Shown in pieces: positions 1 to 7,179 of a DNA stretch of 64,000 nt. Where the stretch lies: positions 64,001 through 128,000 of the forward strand of contig JBDHHQ010000013.1 of NCBI GenBank assembly GCA_039589315.1. The letters run 5' to 3'. This stretch comes from Gemmatimonadota bacterium (GTDB lineage Bacteria > Gemmatimonadota > Gemmatimonadetes > Longimicrobiales > Gaopeijiaceae). Numbering within the stretch: position 1 is the stretch's first letter; every line of letters begins with the position of its first letter. The position numbers and the translations under genes are program-made. The notes under the pieces are model-generated. The model searched no databases. It saw nothing but the letters and a program-made list of their open reading frames with translations, and was not told where the DNA came from.

Positions 1-207
1 GCGAAACGCGCCTACGGAGAATCCGTCGTCTACCGACGCCACGTGGAGGAAGGCGTAGTCGGCCGCCCGAGGCACGAGGAGACCCAGCGCGAGACGGATC
101 GCGCTGGCGGCACCGACGGACAGGACGCCCTCCTCGCCCACCGGCTGTCGCCCGCCGGAGCGGGCGAGCGGCTGTTCTGGGCTGGTGGAGTCTCTATCTG
201 CGGTCAT
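1..207 (-). CDS. 5' part of a probable GAF-domain sensor protein (runs off the window edge)
   Basis: Own translation from ATG at 207: MTADRDSTSPEQ...IRLALGLLVPRAADYAFLHVASVDDGFSVGAFR, open to base 1. 'LVPRxADY' resembles the start of GAF domains in sensor kinases/phosphatases. Not in the ORF track because it has no stop in the window. Confidence 0.55.
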   Translation of the reverse strand, partial: MTADRDSTSPEQPLARSGGRQPVGEEGVLSVGAASAIRLALGLLVPRAADYAFLHVASVDDGFSVGAFR

Positions 208-356
208 GCCGGCTCTGAAGATCGTTCGCGTGGACCCGCGAGGGAACCGACGAGCTCCCTCGATCACAGAAGTCCCCCCAAATACAGTGGACTCCTATAC
301 AGTCATGCAAGAGCCGCGCCGGCACCGCGCGTGGGGAACGATGACGCCAGGGCAAA

Positions 357-704
357 CTACGACTGAGATTCGCTGGTGACGTCGGATTCCCACAGGCCCA
401 TCAGATACCTCTCATAGCGGTGGGGGTCGGCTCGGTAGTCCTCGAGCCAACTCTCGTAGGAGGGAAGGGCCAGCTTGCGAGACACGGTTTCCGTGGCGAG
501 TTGGACGGCGCGACCATAGGACAGCTTCTGCTCCTCCCCCGATTCCCGAGCGGCGGTCTGCGCCAGCACGAAGATCTCGTCGGGGGTGAGAAGCAGAAGC
601 GTGTCCGCAACCTGGGCCGAACAGTAGTCGTGGTACTTCGCCCGGAGCTGGGCCTCGGGCTCACCTCGCCTACCGTCGTCGCTTTTCCTCGTCCGCTCAC
701 TCAC
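357..704 (-). CDS. Hypothetical protein, domain A only (paralog of 1467-2072 and 3411-4094)
   Basis: 115 aa with motifs LRAKYHDYCSAQ and LALPSYESWLEDYRADPHRY shared with two neighbours; GTG start. Confidence 0.85.
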   Translation of the reverse strand: MSERTRKSDDGRRGEPEAQLRAKYHDYCSAQVADTLLLLTPDEIFVLAQTAARESGEEQKLSYGRAVQLATETVSRKLALPSYESWLEDYRADPHRYERYLMGLWESDVTSESQS

Positions 705-786
705 GCTCAGCCCCCCAAGGACCGCTGCGTGGTTCGGCTAGCCCGCCCCCTGACGAGCCCCGACACCAGGAGGGTTGATCGCCTAC

Positions 787-815
787 GGTTAACCCTGAAC
801 GGAGGAAAGCGTCAA
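787..815 (-). promoter_or_regulatory. Candidate sigma70-type promoter for 357-704
   Basis: Minus strand TTGACG followed 17-18 nt later by TTAACC/TAACCG; the -10 match is imperfect. Confidence 0.35.
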
Positions 816-828
816 GGATTCTATGTGC

Positions 829-1032
829 TCAGGGCACCGATGGGTGGGAGCCCATGTCCGCCCCGGAAACACTCTGCTGCTCCCTGAGATGACGGTAGAT
901 CGATCGGCGGGTCAGTCCGTACAGCACGACCCGGCTGAGGAACTCAGGATCGGTCCGCTGGACCTCTTCGGCCTGAGCCGCAACATCCCGGGGAAGGCGG
1001 ACATTCAGCTGTACAGAACACGTTTCCCACAT
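829..1032 (-). CDS. Small ribbon-helix-helix-like protein
   Basis: 67 aa; VQLNVRLPRDVAAQAEE fits the RHH beta-strand plus helix pattern; GAGG upstream of the ATG. Confidence 0.7.
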   Translation of the reverse strand: MWETCSVQLNVRLPRDVAAQAEEVQRTDPEFLSRVVLYGLTRRSIYRHLREQQSVSGADMGSHPSVP

Positions 1033-1466
1033 GGACGTTCCTCGCCTGATCGACGGTCAAAAGTCAAGGAAAATGTAAAGTCGACGCGCAGTCGACAGCC
1101 GCCCGTCCGAGCCGGACGATGTGGGGATCCCTGTTGCTGCGGCGGGATCATAATAAGAAGGGTTTTGGACCGGCGCAACCCTCTTCTCTATCTCCGCCCC
1201 AGAAAAGGGTTTATCCGTAACTTCATATATCACAATGCGTTAGAGAATCTGCCATTTTCCCATATCCAGGTGTTCCGAAGCGGATTGCCGAGTCGATTTT
1301 TCGGGATTTTTTTCCTGAAAACTCAAGCGGGATTTGAACTTTCGGGATGTGCAGGGCAGAAATTCGCCTTCGAGTCGTTGCACGTTTTTTACGAAAAATG
1401 CCCTTCGCAGAAGCGGGCCGGGCAAGGCCGATGGGCCCGGGGAGCCGAGGAGGATTCCGTGACCGA
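1033..1466. other. AT-rich non-coding region with T-tracts, CGGGAT repeats and an IHF-like site
   Basis: Sharp drop in GC; overlapping ORFs have atypical composition; CGGGAT at 1143, 1302, 1328 and 1343; CAA-N4-TTA at 1233-1242. Confidence 0.6.
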
Positions 1467-2072
1467 CTAGGACGGAAGAGAGGACCGCAGAAAGGCCCGC
1501 AGCGTCTCTGGCTCGAAGCCCAGGAACCGCTCCTGGATGATCCCGGCCGAATCCTCGCAGAAGATGTCGGCGGTACTGAACTTGGTGCCGGCGCCGTTCC
1601 AGAAGAGCATGTATCCGCGCCAGACGTCGCCATCGTCGAACACGCGCAGCTCTACGTCCCAGGTGGAGTCGCGGTAGGCCACCGAGCGGCCCTCGATCGT
1701 GACGGGTTCGCCTCGGGTGCTCCCGCCCGGCGGTTCGAGATCGTCATCCAGATAGGCGCCGCGGTTTCTTCGGAAGTCCGCCGCCCACACGTGGAACGGC
1801 GGAAGCGGCAGGATCTCGCCGCAGTAGCGCCGCAGGCTGGCCATGGGATCCTTGCTCTCATGCTCGCCCCGCGCGGCCGCCCACTCCCGGGCCTGGCCAT
1901 ACAGACTCCGTACGGCATCCCGTGGCAGCACCGAGAGCAGCATCGACAACTGACGCTCCCGGTACCATTGATAGCGCTGCCGGAGCATGGGCGGGGGATA
2001 CAGCGGCTGCCCCGGCCCGCGGCGCCAGCCGTGCCGCAGGTCTTCCTTACCGCCGCGCTCGAGCTCGGACAT
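1467..2072 (-). CDS. Hypothetical protein, domain A + domain B
   Basis: 201 aa; motifs LRQRYQWYRERQ, LPLPPFHVWAADF, WRGYMLF and TADIFCE; SD GAGGAGG upstream; 12 nt after the upstream stop. Confidence 0.88.
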   Translation of the reverse strand: MSELERGGKEDLRHGWRRGPGQPLYPPPMLRQRYQWYRERQLSMLLSVLPRDAVRSLYGQAREWAAARGEHESKDPMASLRRYCGEILPLPPFHVWAADFRRNRGAYLDDDLEPPGGSTRGEPVTIEGRSVAYRDSTWDVELRVFDDGDVWRGYMLFWNGAGTKFSTADIFCEDSAGIIQERFLGFEPETLRAFLRSSLPS

Positions 2073-2084
2073 GGTCGGGCCTCC

Positions 2085-3002
2085 TCAGTGCACCCGGTGC
2101 CGGGAGGCCGGTCCCGGCCGCCGGACGGGTATGCTCCGGGTGCGCGACTCACGCAGGTGGAGTCGGGCCAGCGTCTCCCTCGGACCGAAGGTACGAAGCT
2201 GGTGATCGAGTGAGTTGAACCGATCGACTTCGAACCGTGCGAGGAGCTGAGAGAGGCCGTCCCGCATCCGCCGAAGGACGCCCTTGGCCTCGGAGAGGGT
2301 GAGGGGCAGGGGGAACCGGACCTGGTATTCGACCGACACTGCACCCGCCTCCGAGAGGACGCGTCGCACGTCCTCGGCCGCGAACGCCTGACCCAGGGCA
2401 TCCTCGAGGAGTGGGTCCGGGCCGTGTGAAGCCGTGCGGAAGAGGAGTGCGGCACCATCGTAGTCGAGGTGCGCCCTGGCGAGGCTGCCGGGCCCCATCA
2501 GGATTCGCACCGACGTGCCTTCGTGCAGGTCGAGGTCGCGGCAGATGTCCCGAAACCCGATGCGTAGGATGGAAGCCCGCGTGAGCGGACCAAATCCCAC
2601 GCGGCCCAGCACCGATACGGCGAGACCGAAGCAGTATCTGCCGAGCGCCCGCGCCGAGGCATCGGCCTCCGATGCGGCGGCTCGGCGCAGCAGGTCATGG
2701 ACGTGTTCCAGCGTCGGCTCGTAGACCCAATCCAGGACGACCAGCTCGGCGCTCAGGTCCAACCGTTTTACCGCGGCGCTCCCCAGGTCGATGACCTCGG
2801 CGGAGGAGGCGTACCGTCCCTCCAGCACCAGGCCCAATCCGATGTCCTCGATGCGCCCCCCCGGCACGTGTACCTCGTGCACGTCTCGATACTGCACGAC
2901 AGCTCGGGTAAGCGGGAGCTCGCAGACTCCGGGGACGTCCGCCATAGCCTCCGGGCGGCGCTCGGGCTGGAGACCGGTATGAGCACTCTGTTCCGACACC
3001 AT
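2085..3002 (-). CDS. Hypothetical protein (~305 aa)
   Basis: Globular-looking composition from MVSEQ (ATG 3002) onward; apparently co-transcribed with 1467-2072; start uncertain. Confidence 0.75.
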   Translation of the reverse strand: MVSEQSAHTGLQPERRPEAMADVPGVCELPLTRAVVQYRDVHEVHVPGGRIEDIGLGLVLEGRYASSAEVIDLGSAAVKRLDLSAELVVLDWVYEPTLEHVHDLLRRAAASEADASARALGRYCFGLAVSVLGRVGFGPLTRASILRIGFRDICRDLDLHEGTSVRILMGPGSLARAHLDYDGAALLFRTASHGPDPLLEDALGQAFAAEDVRRVLSEAGAVSVEYQVRFPLPLTLSEAKGVLRRMRDGLSQLLARFEVDRFNSLDHQLRTFGPRETLARLHLRESRTRSIPVRRPGPASRHRVH

Positions 3003-3099
3003 AGGATCACGCCCCGTCCCAACGAGCTCGACCGGGCACGGGGGCATCACAGGACACAAGAGTACCTTGACACTCGATCCTGGGCACCCTAAGCTTTCG

Positions 3100-3316
3100 T
3101 CAGCCATGAAGAAAGCAGCGGGCCGCCAACCCGTGCCTCGAGCGAGAGTCTCCGGAGCCACCCGGACGCTCTCGCTTTTGTTTGTCCATGTCCGGCTCCG
3201 CTACCTCCACGGAGCCCACGGCGGCTTCGAGGGCGCCGGCCTTCATGAACCATCCTGGCGACGGCACGCCCGAGAGCAGAGTCGATCGCCCCGGAGGCGT
3301 CGACCTCCAGGGCGAG
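3100..3316 (-). ncRNA. Candidate structured RNA or long 5' leader
   Basis: Begins right after a promoter motif; nested helices 3286-3315, 3194-3216, 3142-3175, closed by 3227-3232/3136-3141 and 3241-3247/3105-3111. No family recognised. Confidence 0.35.
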
Positions 3317-3322
3317 GGCTTC

Positions 3323-3352
3323 AGCATAACAATGTATTTCCGTCAACCGCAA
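3323..3352 (-). promoter_or_regulatory. Sigma70-type promoter with extended -10
   Basis: TTGCGG-N18-TATGCT with TGn directly upstream of the -10, in an AT-rich patch. Confidence 0.5.
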
Positions 3353-3410
3353 GGAAGTCCTCATTGGCTTCGCAACGTACACGCCGTCCTTCCCCGGCAG
3401 CGAGAATGCC

Positions 3411-4094
3411 ATGACACCGGACCAAGCTCACCGGCGCTCCGTCGGCTACCTGGAGCAGGATGACGAGACGTGGGCCTGCTTTCTCGTCACCTTCATCGGG
3501 CAAGACCAACGTTGGCGTGGCTATTTCTCTTTTCGGCCCACGGACGGCGGAATTCAAGAGGCCGAAATACGCACCGCGGACATCTTTCTCGAGGCGACCG
3601 AGTCCGCCATCGACCACAAGGCCCGGAGCCTGGGGAGCCCGCTCCTTTCTGGCCTCCTCTCTTCGGCGCTTCACACCCGCAAACGCTACCGCGACTCCTC
3701 CAGCCAACTGCGAAGGCGCTTCCGATCGCTGCTTTCGGAGAGCTCCCGCGAGGCGGCGGGCACCTGGATGGAGTCCGGCGACCAGGCACCGACCGAGCTG
3801 GACCTGGCGCGGCTCCAGTCACTGTACGCGTCCTACCGGCTGGATCAGGTGGCCCACTTCATCGCCCTGGTGGAGCCGCGGCACTTCGATCAGGCTGTCG
3901 ACCGGATTCTCTCGGGCGCCAGCGTCGACTTTGGAGCGAAGGACCGCATCCAGTTCGCGATGATGGTCGTGGAGCGCATCGAGAAGCTGCTGCTGCTGCC
4001 CCCCTTCGATGTCTGGGCCGAGGACTATCTCGCGAACCGGGAGGAGTACGCTCTTTACGCGCACACGCTCCACCGAGAGGGGCGGCTTCCCTGA
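3411..4094 (+). CDS. Hypothetical protein, domain B + domain A
   Basis: 227 aa; motifs [26 protein letters not shown] and [13 protein letters not shown]. Confidence 0.88.
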   Translation: MTPDQAHRRSVGYLEQDDETWACFLVTFIGQDQRWRGYFSFRPTDGGIQEAEIRTADIFLEATESAIDHKARSLGSPLLSGLLSSALHTRKRYRDSSSQLRRRFRSLLSESSREAAGTWMESGDQAPTELDLARLQSLYASYRLDQVAHFIALVEPRHFDQAVDRILSGASVDFGAKDRIQFAMMVVERIEKLLLLPPFDVWAEDYLANREEYALYAHTLHREGRLP

Positions 4095-4158
4095 GTCGAC
4101 CGCCACGCACCGATCGTTGAGCCACGGTCTCGGGCGCCGCCCCCGCTCCCGTTTCACC

Positions 4159-4187
4159 TTGCTCCCCTCGCTTGGCTCGCTTAGCTT
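4159..4187 (+). promoter_or_regulatory. Sigma70-type promoter of rpsU
   Basis: TTGCTC-N17-TAGCTT. Confidence 0.55.
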
Positions 4188-4233
4188 TCAAAGCTTGCGA
4201 TTTGCGGTGTCGAACCTGAGGAGCGTGATACCC

Positions 4234-4428
4234 TTGGAAGTACTGGTACAGGACAACGAAAGCCTCGAGCGCGCCTTGCGCCGCTTCAAGCGGAAGGTCC
4301 AGCGGTCCGGGCTCTATTCGGAGCTCCGGAAGCGGCGTTTCTACGAGAAGCCCAGCGCGCAGCGGAAGCGGAAAAGGGAAGCCGCCATCCGCCGCGAGCG
4401 TAGACGCCAACGCCGAAACCGCTCGTAA
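4234..4428 (+). CDS. rpsU: 30S ribosomal protein S21
   Basis: [14 protein letters not shown]...RRFYEKPS signature; TTG start after GAGGAG. Confidence 0.97.
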   Translation: MEVLVQDNESLERALRRFKRKVQRSGLYSELRKRRFYEKPSAQRKRKREAAIRRERRRQRRNRS

Positions 4429-4476
4429 CCTCTCGCCTGCCCGCCGCTGGCGAGTAGGCGGGTCCCGCGAGAAAGC

Positions 4477-4513
4477 CGAACGGCTCCCGTCCGGAAGGGG
4501 CGGGAGCCGTTCG
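4477..4513. terminator. Hairpin between convergent rpsU and AraC genes
   Basis: CGAACGGCTCCCGTCC-GGAA-GGGGCGGGAGCCGTTCG stem-loop. Confidence 0.7.
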
Positions 4514-4535
4514 TCGTAGGTCCACAGCACCGATC

Positions 4536-5333
4536 TTATGCCGCCGTCGGCCTCCGTAGGAAGATGGGCGACAGCTCCAGCCAGCCCCTCCGAGCATCCC
4601 GACTCAGAAACTGCTGCGCGAAGCTGACGGTCAGAGCCTCACGCCGGCCGGGTTGGCGCAACTCTCCGGGCGTGCTCCCCGTCACTGCCTGAACGGCGCG
4701 ACAGAGGTTGCCGCCAGAGGTGAATCCCAGCCGGAAGGCCGTCTCCCCGACGGTGGTGGCCCCCTCCCCGAGCACATGAGCGGCGGCGAGTGCCCGAAGC
4801 CACCTCAGGTGCGACGAGGGGGACCGGAGGCCGCGGCGCCGAAACCGAGCCTTCAGCGCGCCCCTGCTCAGACCGGTGAGGCGGGCGACGGCGTGAAGAT
4901 CCGCGTACTGCGCCGGGTACTCCATGACGCGCCGGGCCAGGCCCCGGAACGCGTGGGGCAGCGTGTGACCGGAGACCGAGACGAGGTCGTGAAAGAGCCG
5001 ATCGACCCACGACCCATCGCCCGCGGTCCGATGGATCAGCCTTCTCAGGTCCCGCACGTCGTCCACGCCGGTCACTACGAGGGATCCTGCGTCGCGGGCG
5101 CCGAACAGGCCCTGCGGAGAGACCAGACGCAACACCGGAACCTCCGGTCCTGCGGCGCGGAACGACACGCTTCGGGAAGCCGAATCGGGCTCGTCGAGGA
5201 CCAGCAAGCGCGGAAAGCCCCGGCGAAGGGCGTCCCGAGCTCGATCCCCCTCGAAGAAGACGTCCTCCTCGGGCATGGCCGCCGCGCGCACGCCCGAGTG
5301 CAGCTCCGGGCGTCGCAGGAACGCTACGATCAT
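4536..5333 (-). CDS. AraC-family transcriptional regulator
   Basis: C-terminal double HTH (DLHAVARLTGLSRGAL...TVGETAFRLGFTSGGNL); start refined to ATG 5333. Confidence 0.85.
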   Translation of the reverse strand: MIVAFLRRPELHSGVRAAAMPEEDVFFEGDRARDALRRGFPRLLVLDEPDSASRSVSFRAAGPEVPVLRLVSPQGLFGARDAGSLVVTGVDDVRDLRRLIHRTAGDGSWVDRLFHDLVSVSGHTLPHAFRGLARRVMEYPAQYADLHAVARLTGLSRGALKARFRRRGLRSPSSHLRWLRALAAAHVLGEGATTVGETAFRLGFTSGGNLCRAVQAVTGSTPGELRQPGRREALTVSFAQQFLSRDARRGWLELSPIFLRRPTAA

Positions 5334-5411
5334 CCACTCGCCCCCGAAGGATGGTGGCCTGGAAGCCAAACCTCCAGGCTCCGATCGAGGACCCGGCGGG
5401 GGGTCACCCCA

Positions 5412-6290
5412 TCAGACCGGCAGCGCCCTCGGTCGCTCGCCGGACCAATCATAGAATCCCTTCCCGGTCTTCCGACCATAGCGACCCATTGCAACGACTC
5501 GCTTGAGGAGGGGAGGAGGAGCGTAGCGCTCCTCACGGTATTCGTCAAACATGATCTCCGAGATCTTGTACAACGTATCGATGCCCACGAAGTCGCAAAG
5601 CGTGAAAGGTCCCATGGGGTATCCGCACCCCAGGACCATCCCCGTATCGATATCCTCGATGCTCGCCACGCCCCGCTCCAACTGGCGAATCGCGTCGAGC
5701 ATGTAGGGCACGAGAAGCAGGTTCACGACGAAGCCCGAGTTGTCCTTCGCGGCGATGGGTGTCTTGCCCAGCGCCTGGGCGAACTCGAAGGCCCGGTCGA
5801 AGGTCTCGTCGCTCGTGGCGATGGTTCTGACTACCTCCACCAGCTTCATCACGGGCACCGGGTTGAAGAAGTGGAGACCCACGAACCGATCAGCGCGGGT
5901 GGTGGCAGCCGCCATGTCGGTGACGGTCAGCGAGCTCGTGTTGGACGCGAAGATGGTCCCCTCCCCGCACATCCCGTCCAGCGCGCCGAACAGCTCGCCC
6001 TTGGCCGCGAGGTCCTCCACGATGGCCTCGATGACAATGTCCCGATCCGACAGATCGGACACGTCGGTCGTGAATCGAATCCGCTGCCACGTCTCGTCAC
6101 GGTCTTGGGCTTCGAGCTTGCCCTTCGATACGGCCCTGTCCAGGGACTTGCCGATCCGGGCCTTGCCGGCTTCGAGGGCCGCGTCGTCGACCTCCCGGAC
6201 CACGACAGGGAACCCGCTCTTCGCCGCCACTTCGGCGATGCCGCTCCCCATCAGGCCACACCCTGCCACACCGACCTTGTCGATCTTCAA
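5412..6290 (-). CDS. hbd: 3-hydroxybutyryl-CoA dehydrogenase
   Basis: GCGLMGSG NAD motif, ASNTSS, GLHFFNPVP, GFVVN. Confidence 0.93.
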   Translation of the reverse strand: MKIDKVGVAGCGLMGSGIAEVAAKSGFPVVVREVDDAALEAGKARIGKSLDRAVSKGKLEAQDRDETWQRIRFTTDVSDLSDRDIVIEAIVEDLAAKGELFGALDGMCGEGTIFASNTSSLTVTDMAAATTRADRFVGLHFFNPVPVMKLVEVVRTIATSDETFDRAFEFAQALGKTPIAAKDNSGFVVNLLLVPYMLDAIRQLERGVASIEDIDTGMVLGCGYPMGPFTLCDFVGIDTLYKISEIMFDEYREERYAPPPLLKRVVAMGRYGRKTGKGFYDWSGERPRALPV

Positions 6291-6314
6291 GGGTCACCTC
6301 CGTTGGATCTGCCC

Positions 6315-7151
6315 TCAATCATCGAAGCCCCGTAGATCCCGAGCCACTCCATGGAAGTGGCGCCGCACCCAGCGTCGCCAGGAGGGCGGGGGCGGTTCGA
6401 GGCTGTCTCCGGCCTCGAGCCGATCCAGGACTCCTTCTACTTCGTCCTGCACGTCCGCCAGGCGACCTCTGTGGGCGCGGCCCGTCGCCCAGGCGATGAC
6501 GGCCGCGAGAAGGCCCCCGCCCACGATCCCGGCCGCGATGCCGAGGCCAAGCGGGCCCACGGCGGCCACCGCCAGAGCCACCGCGGTACCAGCGGCCACC
6601 CCGGCAGCCCCACCCCCCAACAGGCCGCCTGCGAGGTGGTCGTTCCGGGTCCCCGGATCCACGTCGAACTGCACCAGCGTCGTCTCGTCGGTGACGACGT
6701 CGAGACGGATCTCCACATCCTTCGCGGACGCCACATAATGGCGCTTCGACGTGGCGCTCGCCGCCCTGGCGATCTGCGACGCCCAGTCCACGGCGGGCCG
6801 GTAGAGAAGGACCTCCGGACCTCGTCGCACAGGCTGGAGGAGCTGGCCCGCCACGAGGAACTCGTCCAGCTTCCGGGCGAGCTCCTCCGGCCGGCCCGGC
6901 ACGACGCGACCGGCCCGCACCGTTGCGGGACCGTAGAGTCGACCCACCAGGCCGGACACGGGCACCTGCGTCCGCAGCTCGACCAGGGCCTGGCGCACGT
7001 GCCGCTCGTGTAGCCCGACCTCACCGGCGATCCTCAAGACCTCCGACTCCGAGAGCGGCCTCTCGTCCACGTCCGACAGTCGCGCCAACTCGGTCGCCCG
7101 GCGGATGACCTCCTCGAATTCGCGCCGTGTCAGGCTCTTGCCGGGGTCCAT
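6315..7151 (-). CDS. Hypothetical membrane protein
   Basis: From MDPGKSLTRREF; Gly/Ala-rich hydrophobic hairpin near the C-terminus; lies between thiolase and hbd. Confidence 0.8.
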   Translation of the reverse strand: MDPGKSLTRREFEEVIRRATELARLSDVDERPLSESEVLRIAGEVGLHERHVRQALVELRTQVPVSGLVGRLYGPATVRAGRVVPGRPEELARKLDEFLVAGQLLQPVRRGPEVLLYRPAVDWASQIARAASATSKRHYVASAKDVEIRLDVVTDETTLVQFDVDPGTRNDHLAGGLLGGGAAGVAAGTAVALAVAAVGPLGLGIAAGIVGGGLLAAVIAWATGRAHRGRLADVQDEVEGVLDRLEAGDSLEPPPPSWRRWVRRHFHGVARDLRGFDD

Positions 7152-7179
7152 GGGGCAGCTCGAACGAACCTCGGCGGCC

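Noticed and set aside
43..379. Plus-strand ORFs 43-366 and 185-379
   Set aside because: They overlap a more protein-like minus-strand frame (1-207) and lack recognisable features.
823..1633. ORFs crossing the AT-rich region (823-1470, 1223-1633, 1240-1425)
   Set aside because: Atypical composition, no SD, and overlap with better-supported genes.
3317..3347. dif-like appearance (CATAA...GTCAAC)
   Set aside because: Spacing is wrong and there is no TTATG arm; better explained as a promoter.
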